Positions 38,019 through 46,515 of a stretch of DNA of 64,000 nt are shown here, piece by piece. Position 1 is the first letter of the stretch; the number at the start of each line of letters is the position of its first letter. The translations under genes were made by a program, and so were the position numbers. Origin of the DNA: Candidatus Kuenenbacteria bacterium (GTDB taxonomy: Bacteria; Patescibacteriota; Patescibacteriia; UBA11705; JABHMO01); contig JABMRF010000007.1 of assembly GCA_013202715.1 (NCBI GenBank), positions 8,566-72,565 of the forward strand. Direction: 5' to 3'. Under the pieces are notes generated by a model that was not told where the DNA came from, did no database searches, and worked only from the letters and a program-made list of their open reading frames with translations.

Positions 38019-39222
38019 AATTATTTTCCACATCGACATGGACTCTTATTTCGCGACCGTTGAACAGCAAGCCCGACCCTATCTTCGAGGCAAGCCAATT
38101 GTGGTCAGTGGAAAGGAGGGATCTCGGAGCGTGATTGTTGCTTCTTCAAAAGAAGCAAAAAAGTTGGGCGTCAAAACTGCCATGCTGCATCACGAAGCTA
38201 GAAAGCTTTGTCCGAACTTAACTTTTGTAGAAGGCGATGGTGTGAAATACGGATATTTATCTGGGCAAATGATTGAGGTTTTCAAGAATTATACAGATAA
38301 GGTTGAGGTTTTTAGTATAGACGAAGCTTTTCTTGATATGACTGGCCATTGTCAAAGTTTCAAACAGGCAATCGATAAAGCAAAGCAAATAAAAGCACAC
38401 GTCAAACAGAAACTTGGAGAGTGGGTAACTGCCTCGGTTGGAATAGCGAATAATAAACTGCTCGCCAAATTAGCATCAGGACTAGATAAGCCGGACGGCT
38501 TATTTTTGATTGACCAAAATAATTTGGATCAAGTCTTAAAAAAAATAAAACTAACTGACTTTTGTGGCATCGGAAAGAGAACTGAAAGTAATTTAGCGCA
38601 GTTAGGAATTGATAGCATTGAAAAATTGCAATCGTGGAAGCTCGACCCCTTGGTCAAAGTTTTTGGGCCGTCTTATGGAAATAAGCTTTATAATATGGCG
38701 CGCGGGATTTGTCATGATCCGGTTGTGTCTTATTTGAACCGACCTGAAGCGAAATCAGTCGGCCGGTCATATACTCTATCAAAAAATACTTATGATAAAC
38801 AAGAAATACTGACAGTTTTGTTACATTTGTGTGAAAAGGTGGGTCGCGAGCTTCGCCGAAAAAAATTGGCCGGCAAAACCGTAGTTGTTTACTGGCGATA
38901 TGAGGATTTTACTCATGCCGGAGCTCGGAAAACTTTTTTGGGTTACTTGAATGATAGCCAAGCCTTTTTTAATCTTGGAGAAGATCGAATTAAGAAATAT
39001 ATATTTCCCAAGGCCGTTCGCTTGGTCGGTATTCATGTCAGTAACCTGATCAAGGATTATAAACAGCTCCCGCTCTGGCTCGGCGAGAGAAAACAAATTG
39101 AACTTTTGCCAGCACTGGACAAAATAAATGATACTTATGGTGAATTGACAATCAAGCCGGCATATTTATTGAAATTAAAAAGGTTGAAGAAAAAAGTGGG
39201 TGGATTTAAGCTGCCTGATTAA
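38008..39222 (+). CDS. dinB: DNA polymerase IV (Y family)
   Basis: HIDMDSYFATVEQ, SIDEAFLD, KLLAKLAS, KPDG, GIG. Confidence 0.95.
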   Translation: MPARIIFHIDMDSYFATVEQQARPYLRGKPIVVSGKEGSRSVIVASSKEAKKLGVKTAMLHHEARKLCPNLTFVEGDGVKYGYLSGQMIEVFKNYTDKVEVFSIDEAFLDMTGHCQSFKQAIDKAKQIKAHVKQKLGEWVTASVGIANNKLLAKLASGLDKPDGLFLIDQNNLDQVLKKIKLTDFCGIGKRTESNLAQLGIDSIEKLQSWKLDPLVKVFGPSYGNKLYNMARGICHDPVVSYLNRPEAKSVGRSYTLSKNTYDKQEILTVLLHLCEKVGRELRRKKLAGKTVVVYWRYEDFTHAGARKTFLGYLNDSQAFFNLGEDRIKKYIFPKAVRLVGIHVSNLIKDYKQLPLWLGERKQIELLPALDKINDTYGELTIKPAYLLKLKRLKKKVGGFKLPD

Positions 39223-39264
39223 ATATGCTATAATGTGGTCAGATAACACATAACTTTTTGTCCT

Positions 39265-39351
39265 ATGAAATGCAAAAAATGTAGATGTCAGACGTGTAAA
39301 TGCAAATCCAAATGCACAGATTGTGACTGTAAACCCTGTAAGTGTAAATAA
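39265..39351 (+). CDS. Cys-rich metallothionein-like peptide (not in ORF track)
   Basis: MKCKKCRCQTCKCKSKCTDCDCKPCKCK*, 10 Cys in 28 aa; TGcTATAAT upstream, hairpin + T tract ~39360-39397. Confidence 0.7.
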   Translation: MKCKKCRCQTCKCKSKCTDCDCKPCKCK

Positions 39352-39425
39352 CGGTATTTGAAGGAGTGACTTAACCACAATTCGCTCCTTTTGTTTTACA
39401 AAGAATTTTGCTATAATCTGACTAT

Positions 39426-40385
39426 ATGAAACAACCTGAAATTAACAAATTTTTAGCCAAATTGCTTGGTCAGGGTTTAGTTTACGCTCCAGTGAGAAAA
39501 GGGCCGGTTGTTTTGGTTGAACAAGTCGACTCGATTGATAGAATTGATTGGTCGGGCGATATACCGATTACAACTTTTAAATCTGTTTTTCTTCCACCAA
39601 AGGAAGTTCTGTTTGATAATAATAAAGCGGAGTTTGCAGACAAAATAAAAAAATTCGCCTGGGGTATGAATGTTCTTGACCTTCAGGCTTTTAGTTTATT
39701 TGAACAGGTTTTTGAAAAAGATATCTATTATCAGAAGCGACGACAAAATATTTTCATTATTGGATTTACAAATGGAATTGAAGACGATTTTCGAAAGTAT
39801 AAAGTCTTCCATCAAAAGTATGAGGAGAATGTCCTTGAGCATTTGATTTTTGATGTCTTCATCGAGCGACAGAAAAATGGCAACATGATTGTGTTTTCTG
39901 GTTCTGAAAAAGGACAACAGTTGCTCGAACAAAACGGAATCAAGGATTATGAAAATATCGAGTTTGCCGGATTAGTTCCTGAACAAGGAATTAATCCCAT
40001 AATTACTCGAAATCGTCAGGCAGTTGAGCTTGGTCGTGATAATCCAATTTGGGATGAGCTGGCAGAAATCTGTTTAGCTTGCGGGAAATGTTCAATCCAC
40101 TGCCCAACCTGTTTTTGTTTTGATGAGAAGGATCAGGCTGAGTTTGATTCTGTAAAAAAGGTCCGACAGTGGGGATCTTGCTTTTACCCTGAATTTTCAA
40201 AGACTGCCGGTGGAAACAAGGACTTGGATTCAGTGAAAAAGAAATTATATTTTTGGTACGAACATAAATTTGTGAGGATTCCTGATGAATTTAGTTATTA
40301 TGGCTGTGTGAGTTGTATGAGATGTTTCAAGGTTTGTCCTGTGGAAATAAATATTGCCAAGAATCTGCAAGCATTAAATAAATAA
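39426..40385 (+). CDS. group 3b-like hydrogenase beta subunit (2x4Fe-4S)
   Basis: CLACGKCSIHCPTCFC and GCVSCMRCFKVCP. Confidence 0.88.
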   Translation: MKQPEINKFLAKLLGQGLVYAPVRKGPVVLVEQVDSIDRIDWSGDIPITTFKSVFLPPKEVLFDNNKAEFADKIKKFAWGMNVLDLQAFSLFEQVFEKDIYYQKRRQNIFIIGFTNGIEDDFRKYKVFHQKYEENVLEHLIFDVFIERQKNGNMIVFSGSEKGQQLLEQNGIKDYENIEFAGLVPEQGINPIITRNRQAVELGRDNPIWDELAEICLACGKCSIHCPTCFCFDEKDQAEFDSVKKVRQWGSCFYPEFSKTAGGNKDLDSVKKKLYFWYEHKFVRIPDEFSYYGCVSCMRCFKVCPVEINIAKNLQALNK

Positions 40386-40425
40386 AAAAAATCGCGCCCA
40401 AGATTGAGCGCGAAGTGGTTGTAGG

Positions 40426-40734
40426 TTATGGAAGCTGTTTTGATAGATCCTGATAGAACTTGTCTAACAGTTCATCCTCACTTTCAAATCCGGCAACAGC
40501 ATTGCCATGGTCTAGTTGCCAAGAAACATCAAACATACCGTTGTGAAAAATAAATCCAAGTTCGAACTCAGCAGTGTCCGGTTCACAACAGTACCAGGCT
40601 TGAAGACTTTTTCTGTTTTCTTGAAAGGCTTTTAAGATGTCCTCTCTTGTTTCAGAAGAGTTTGTCAATAGTTGTTTTGCCCTTTCCAGCAGTTTCATTC
40701 CCAAACATTCAACGATACTTTTTTGGTCATTCAT
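40426..40734 (-). CDS. orphan protein inserted antisense in hydrogenase cluster
   Basis: Promoter TTGACA-17-TATAAT (40822-40794), SD-like GGAGAGG, hairpin ~40391-40412. Confidence 0.6.
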   Translation of the reverse strand: MNDQKSIVECLGMKLLERAKQLLTNSSETREDILKAFQENRKSLQAWYCCEPDTAEFELGFIFHNGMFDVSWQLDHGNAVAGFESEDELLDKFYQDLSKQLP

Positions 40735-40857
40735 GTTCGCCTCTCCAACTAGAGTAAGTTTAGTATTATATCATATAAATTGACCATTAGTGAATTATAT
40801 CACATAAAATTTATTTTGTCAATGGAGGATTATCTCGTTGTCTAATTTTACCAAAAA

Positions 40858-41655
40858 ATGAAGAATATTTACGAATTAAAACCGGCCCATGTTACAAAAG
40901 TAATTAAAGAAAATTCGATTACTAATACTTTTAATTTTAAATTAAAGAATCAAAATGAGTTCAAATTTTTAGCTGGCCAGTTTATGATGATTGGTGTGCC
41001 GGGATTTGGCGAGTGTCCGATTTCTATTTCATCCAATCCAAAGGACTCTACAAGGCATTTTAGTTTAACAATCCGAAGTGTTGGGGAATTGAGCGGTAAG
41101 TTAAATTCCCTTAAAGTTGGCGATAACGTTCTTGTGCGTGGTCCATTTGGAAATGGCTTTCCAGAAGTTACCAAAAATTTGATTCTGATTGGTGGCGGGT
41201 GTGGATTTATTCCACTTAGAAGTGTGTTTGAAGAAAATCGAAACCGTAAAGACATTAAACTTCAGGTTTTAGTTGGTTGTGCGACTCAGGATTCATTAGT
41301 ATTTAAAAGAGAATATTTAAAAATAAAAAATAAACACGATTTTGGATTAATTTTGGAACATGAAACAATGCCGGGATTTGCCAGACAAAAAGGATTTGTG
41401 ACGGATCTAATTAAGAAGAAAAAGCTGTTAAAAGATGCGCAAATCTTTGTTTGCGGGCCAGAGGTAATGTACAAGTTTGTTGCCAAGGAATTACTGGCAA
41501 AAAAAGTTGATCCAGCCAATATGTTTTTTTCACTTGAAAAAAGAATGCACTGCGGAGTTGGCGTTTGTCAACATTGCGCCATAGGAACAAAGTATGTTTG
41601 CAAGGATGGTCCTGTATTTTCGTATGATTTTTTGAAATTAAGTAAGTATTTATAA
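40858..41655 (+). CDS. group 3b-like hydrogenase gamma subunit (FAD/NAD, 2Fe-2S)
   Basis: GQF, PISISS, RGPFGNGF, GGGCG, CGPEVM, MHCGVGVCQHC..CKDGP. Confidence 0.9.
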   Translation: MKNIYELKPAHVTKVIKENSITNTFNFKLKNQNEFKFLAGQFMMIGVPGFGECPISISSNPKDSTRHFSLTIRSVGELSGKLNSLKVGDNVLVRGPFGNGFPEVTKNLILIGGGCGFIPLRSVFEENRNRKDIKLQVLVGCATQDSLVFKREYLKIKNKHDFGLILEHETMPGFARQKGFVTDLIKKKKLLKDAQIFVCGPEVMYKFVAKELLAKKVDPANMFFSLEKRMHCGVGVCQHCAIGTKYVCKDGPVFSYDFLKLSKYL

Positions 41656-41667
41656 CTCTGAATTATT

Positions 41668-42141
41668 ATGAACATCATTTATAAGGAAAAAGTTCCAACT
41701 TATGTTTTTGTAACGGCAATTTTACTCATTACCTGTATTATTTTATTAATTATTTTAATGTCACAGCTCACCAGCAAGCCGATTGTGCTGGATCTGGGCG
41801 GAAAAGTTATTTTGTTGATTGTTTTGATTTTTAATATCGTAGTTTTGTTTTATTTTCGTGAACTGGTTATTATTGTTACTGAGAGCAGAATTCTGTTTGG
41901 TTTTGGGAAGTTTAGAAAAAAGTTTTATACCGGAAATATTGAAAGTATTGAGATTGACGATTATAAATTTTCAAATTATCTTGGCTATGGTATTCGATAT
42001 GGTCGTGATAAATCAATCGGCTATGTTCCCCGTGGTGGCAAAGGACTGAGAATGAAATTCAAAAATGAAAAGCGGATTTATTTTTTCTCAACTGACAGAC
42101 CTGATGAACTGAAGTTGCTTTTGGAAAAATATATTAAATAA
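41668..42141 (+). CDS. two-TM membrane protein with PH-like soluble domain
   Basis: Two hydrophobic segments; GYGIRY, FSTDRPDEL. Confidence 0.65.
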   Translation: MNIIYKEKVPTYVFVTAILLITCIILLIILMSQLTSKPIVLDLGGKVILLIVLIFNIVVLFYFRELVIIVTESRILFGFGKFRKKFYTGNIESIEIDDYKFSNYLGYGIRYGRDKSIGYVPRGGKGLRMKFKNEKRIYFFSTDRPDELKLLLEKYIK

Positions 42142-42143
42142 TT

Positions 42144-42896
42144 ATGAAAAAAAGTAAAGTCAAAATCGGAATTTTTCCACTTACTGGCTGTGAAGGATGC
42201 TGTGTGGCGATTTTAGATTTGCCGGGAAAACTTTTAGAATTGCAAAGTAAGATTGAAATTGTTAACTTTCGTTTAATGGAAGAGGAAAGTCATTTGGAAA
42301 CAGAATCGTATGATATTGTTTTTGTCGAGGGTAGTCCGCTGACAGTGCATGACATTCAACTCTTGAAGCGTGTTCGAAAGCATTCAAAATATGTTATTTC
42401 AATCGGCTCTTGTGCTCACATAGGTGGAATTTATCATATGAAGCAGTATCATGATACAGATAAGATTCATAATTATGTTTATCGTGGAAAAAAAGGAATT
42501 GAAAATATTGATGTAAAACCACTAAGTGCATACGTTAAAGTCGATTTTGCACTGCCAGGATGTCCAATTACCGGCGAAGAGTTTTACGATTTTGTTTATC
42601 AACTCTTAATTGGTAAAGCGCCAAGTATTACTCAAAATCCGGTTTGCTATGAATGTCAAATCCAGGGCAATCAATGTTTATTGCAGCATGGCGATGTTTG
42701 CCTGGGTCCAATAACGCAGGGAGGCTGCTCAGCAATTTGTCTCAAATCAAAACAAGGCTGTTGGGGGTGTCGAGGCTTGGTTGAAGATGCAGAAGTGAGT
42801 AACTTAGTAAAAAAATTAAGAGAAAAATATTCGGATAAAGAAATTGCAAAGTTTTTTGAGGTGTTTGGGGTAAAAGAAATGATAAATAAAAAATGA
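42144..42896 (+). CDS. NiFe hydrogenase small (delta) subunit
   Basis: GCEGC, VEGS, GSCA, PGCP, VCYEC, CLGP, CWGCRG. Confidence 0.92.
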   Translation: MKKSKVKIGIFPLTGCEGCCVAILDLPGKLLELQSKIEIVNFRLMEEESHLETESYDIVFVEGSPLTVHDIQLLKRVRKHSKYVISIGSCAHIGGIYHMKQYHDTDKIHNYVYRGKKGIENIDVKPLSAYVKVDFALPGCPITGEEFYDFVYQLLIGKAPSITQNPVCYECQIQGNQCLLQHGDVCLGPITQGGCSAICLKSKQGCWGCRGLVEDAEVSNLVKKLREKYSDKEIAKFFEVFGVKEMINKK

Positions 42897-42899
42897 TTT

Positions 42900-43349
42900 A
42901 TGGATAAAAAATTTCCAAAGGTGGGAATGGGGGTTATGATAATGCGTGATAATAAAGTTTTACTTGGTCTGCGTCAGGGTTCACATGGGGCAGGTGAATG
43001 GTCATTTCCTGGTGGGCATTTAGACTTTGGTGAATCTCTATTTACAGGTATCAAACGTGAGGCGATGGAAGAGACCGGATTAGAAATTGATGATTTGGAA
43101 GTAGTATCAGTTTCTGATGATTTTCGATACATTAAATCTGATGGAAAGCATCATTTAACGGTTGGAGTAAGAGCTAATTCGGTTGAAGGTGAATCCAGAA
43201 TCATGGAGCCTAATAAATGTCAGGAATGGCGCTGGTTTGGCTTGGAGGAATTACCAGAAGACTTGTTCGAAGCAACAGAAACAATGATTAATAATTACAA
43301 AAATAACCGACTTTATAAAGAAAATATTGATAATTATGAAAACCATTAA
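42900..43349 (+). CDS. NUDIX hydrolase
   Basis: PGGHLDFGESLFTGIKREAMEETGL Nudix box; EPNKCQEWRW. Confidence 0.92.
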   Translation: MDKKFPKVGMGVMIMRDNKVLLGLRQGSHGAGEWSFPGGHLDFGESLFTGIKREAMEETGLEIDDLEVVSVSDDFRYIKSDGKHHLTVGVRANSVEGESRIMEPNKCQEWRWFGLEELPEDLFEATETMINNYKNNRLYKENIDNYENH

Positions 43350-44598
43350 AATAAATCACATCGCTAAAACTGAAGGCCACCTAAGTTTTGTCGGCGCTAT
43401 GCTGGACAATAATTTTGCGCAGGCACATATTGAAACTGAGGAAGGCGCGCGCTTGATTGAAGGAATCTTGCTGGGCCGGAAATATTACGAGGCACCGATC
43501 ATAACTTCCAGAATTTGCGGAGTTTGTCCGATTGTGCACAATCTAACTTCAATCAAAGCAATGGAAAGTGCTTTGAATGTCAAGGTCACACCGGAAATAA
43601 TATTGCTCAGAAAAATTCTAGAAAATGCGCAGATAATTCACAGCCATGCTATCCATGCTTACTTTTTTTCCTTTCCGGATATTATTGGCGTTTCTAATAA
43701 TTTCAATTTGATAAATAAATTTCCCAAGGAGTCGAAAATTGCGCTCGAAGTACGAGATTGGGGCGTGCAATTGGCTCGAATTATCGGTGGCAGAACTGTG
43801 CATCCGATCAATAGCGTGATTGGTGGGTTCAACGTTGAGCCGGATTTGAAAGAGCTTGATGAATTTATGGCTATGAAAGATGAAGTTTTGAAAAAGGCGG
43901 CTCAGATCTACAATTTTGTAATTAAGTACAAGCTTCCTAAATTTCAGCGACCGACAAATTATGTTAGCCTGAAATCAAATAGTGAGTACGCTGTTTATGA
44001 TGGCAAAATATATTTTTCAGACAACAAGAGCTATGATTCAGCGGAAACATTTTTGAGGGATGTGCAGGAAATAGTTTTACCTCATGAAAAGGTAAAGCGA
44101 ACGCAACATTTGGAGCGTGCCTTTATGGTCGGCGCACTGGCGCGACTGAATAACAGTTTTGACCAATTAAATCCAGAAGCCAAGAAGGCTTGGAACAAAT
44201 TGAAAATTAAACTGCCATGTTACAATTCATTTTATAATATTTTGGCGCAGGTGGTTGAAATTGTAAATTGTATTGAGGAACTCGAGAAGGATTATAAGCT
44301 ATATAAGAAAATCAGCGACAAGAAATTGTTGGTTGAAGTCAAACCGCGATCCGGAAAGGGATACGCAGTGATGGAAGCTCCTCGTGGACTTTTGTATCAT
44401 GAATATGAATTAAATGCGCAGGGAAATATTTTGCACTGCAATGTGATTACACCAACTGCCATGTTTTTGGCCAACTTGGAAAAGGATCTGGAACAGTTAT
44501 TGCCACAAATCAAAAATTATTCTGACAAAAAACAAAAAGATTTGATCAAAACCTTAATTCGCGCCTATGATCCTTGCATCAGTTGCGCAACCCATTAG
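43336..44598 (+). CDS. NiFe hydrogenase large (alpha) subunit
   Basis: EGH, RICGVC (L1), EAPRG, DPCISCATH (L2) then stop. Confidence 0.93.
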   Translation: MKTIKINHIAKTEGHLSFVGAMLDNNFAQAHIETEEGARLIEGILLGRKYYEAPIITSRICGVCPIVHNLTSIKAMESALNVKVTPEIILLRKILENAQIIHSHAIHAYFFSFPDIIGVSNNFNLINKFPKESKIALEVRDWGVQLARIIGGRTVHPINSVIGGFNVEPDLKELDEFMAMKDEVLKKAAQIYNFVIKYKLPKFQRPTNYVSLKSNSEYAVYDGKIYFSDNKSYDSAETFLRDVQEIVLPHEKVKRTQHLERAFMVGALARLNNSFDQLNPEAKKAWNKLKIKLPCYNSFYNILAQVVEIVNCIEELEKDYKLYKKISDKKLLVEVKPRSGKGYAVMEAPRGLLYHEYELNAQGNILHCNVITPTAMFLANLEKDLEQLLPQIKNYSDKKQKDLIKTLIRAYDPCISCATH

Positions 44599-44666
44599 TC
44601 ATGAATCCTGAAACATGAAACATAAATCATAGGGCTTGAGGTTTGAAACATGAAGCAATTACTTAT

Positions 44667-45020
44667 ATGATTGAAACATATCACCAAGCATTAAGGAAAA
44701 AAATGAATGATTATGCTCATTTGGTTTATAAGATCACAAGGGACTTTCCAAGAGAGGAATTGTACGGTGTTACAAGTCAGTTGAGAAGAGCTTCTCTTTC
44801 GGTAATTTTAAATTATATTGAGGGATATGCTCGGATTAAGGATAAAGTGCATAAGAATTTTTTAGAGATATCCTATGGTTCCTTGAAAGAATCTGATTAT
44901 TTGTTGGAATTTTCAAAAGACGAAAAGTATATCAATAGCGACCAAGATTATATAGTAGCCAGAAAGCTAGCAGATGAAATTGGCGCTATGCTTTGGTCTA
45001 CAATAAAAGGACTCGATTAA
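44667..45020 (+). CDS. four-helix-bundle protein (23S rRNA IVS / bAvd-like family)
   Basis: VYKITRDFPREELYGVTSQLRRASLSVILNYIEG, FLEISYGSLKE. Confidence 0.92.
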   Translation: MIETYHQALRKKMNDYAHLVYKITRDFPREELYGVTSQLRRASLSVILNYIEGYARIKDKVHKNFLEISYGSLKESDYLLEFSKDEKYINSDQDYIVARKLADEIGAMLWSTIKGLD

Positions 45021-45088
45021 AGACATAAAATGTGAATCGTTGTTAACATTTATGATTCAAGTTTTATGCTTCATGTTCCAAGACTAAT

Positions 45089-45349
45089 ATGCATGATTTA
45101 CATGTTGCTGACAAAATTCACAAACTTGTTATTGAACAAGCACAAAAAAATAACCTTAAACAAGTTAAAAGTGTTATAATTGATTTAGGTTCAGTAATTG
45201 AGCACGGTGCTGATATTAGTTCGGAAAATTTGGAATTCAATTTAAAAATGCTCAGCAAAAATACGATTGCCGAAAACGTGAAAGTTAAGATAAATCGAGT
45301 GGACGGCAATTCATGGAAGTTAATTTCAATAACTGGCGATGAAAAATAA
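45089..45349 (+). CDS. HypA-like nickel metallochaperone lacking Zn finger
   Basis: MHDL start, VKSVIIDLG, LEFN, no Cys; follows hydrogenase. Confidence 0.7.
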   Translation: MHDLHVADKIHKLVIEQAQKNNLKQVKSVIIDLGSVIEHGADISSENLEFNLKMLSKNTIAENVKVKINRVDGNSWKLISITGDEK

Positions 45350-46511
45350 ATTGAGAACAATCAAGAGCGTAAATTTGAAAAACAAGCATATTGTACTGCG
45401 GGTAGATTTTAATGTTCCTGTGAAAAATGGGAAAGTCCTAGATGATACAAAAATTGAACGGGCCCTGCCAACCATTAAATATTTACTTAAACAAAGATGC
45501 AAGTTGGCAATTGTTTCTCACTTTGGACGGCCGGAAGGACGACAAGTCAAGAAATTAAGTTTAGAGCCGGTTTACGCAGTTTTAAAAAATAAACTGCCAA
45601 AGGCAGCGATACAATTTAAAAATGGAATTCCCAAGTTGGCCTCTTCAGTTCTTGCTCAAAATGATATCGTTCTTCTTGAGAATATTCGTTTTGACAAGAG
45701 AGAAGATGAGAACTCAGTTGTCCTGGCAAAAGAATTAGCAAAGATGGGAGAAGTATTTGTAAACGAAGCATTCGCTTTTGCGCATAGAAAGACAGCTTCT
45801 ACAGTTGCAATTACAAAATTGCTGCCAAGCTATGCCGGGTTAAACTTTGCAGATGAAGTTAAGTTTCTGACAAAGGCGCTAACTCCAAAAAAACCGGCAG
45901 TAGCTCTGATTGGTGGAGCAAAAGTAAAAACAAAATTTGAAGTTGTGGAGAATTTCTTGAAAATATATTCAAAAGTGATGGTGGCTGGTGGCGTAGCGAA
46001 TACATTTTTGGCGGCCCAGGGATATGATATTGGCGATTCAATATCTGATCCATCAAAAATTTCTAAAGCAAAAAAATTATTAAAATCCACGAAGATGTTA
46101 TTGCCGCGTGACGTCTTAGTTAGCAATAAAAATCAACGAAAAGTAAGGGTTGTTAAAATTGAAAAGCAAAAAGTTTTGTGTAAAAAGGGCGAGCAGATTA
46201 TGGATATTGGACCGGAAACAATAAAATACTATTCGCAGCAAATCAAAAAAGCGAAAACAATAGTTTGGGGTGGTCCGCTTGGCATGTTTGAAAAACCAAA
46301 GTTTAGTCATGGAACACTTGCAATAGCAAAACTAATTGGTTCACGCGGTTCAAAACATGCGATTGTTATCGCCGGTGGCGGAGAAACAACACTCGCAATT
46401 GAAATGTCAAAGATGGAGAAGTATTATGATTTTATTTCTACCGGTGGAGGTGCAATGTTAGAATTTCTAAGTGGAAATATTTTGCCCGGAATTAAATCAT
46501 TATTAAAATAA
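45339..46511 (+). CDS. pgk: phosphoglycerate kinase
   Basis: RVDFNVP, SHFGRP, LLENIRF, GGAK, ISTGGGA. Confidence 0.97.
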   Translation: MKNKLRTIKSVNLKNKHIVLRVDFNVPVKNGKVLDDTKIERALPTIKYLLKQRCKLAIVSHFGRPEGRQVKKLSLEPVYAVLKNKLPKAAIQFKNGIPKLASSVLAQNDIVLLENIRFDKREDENSVVLAKELAKMGEVFVNEAFAFAHRKTASTVAITKLLPSYAGLNFADEVKFLTKALTPKKPAVALIGGAKVKTKFEVVENFLKIYSKVMVAGGVANTFLAAQGYDIGDSISDPSKISKAKKLLKSTKMLLPRDVLVSNKNQRKVRVVKIEKQKVLCKKGEQIMDIGPETIKYYSQQIKKAKTIVWGGPLGMFEKPKFSHGTLAIAKLIGSRGSKHAIVIAGGGETTLAIEMSKMEKYYDFISTGGGAMLEFLSGNILPGIKSLLK

Positions 46512-46515
46512 TTTT

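Noticed and set aside
35263-45020. Diversity-generating retroelement suggested by two Avd-like genes
   Set aside because: No reverse transcriptase and no TR/VR pair differing at adenines was seen in the window.
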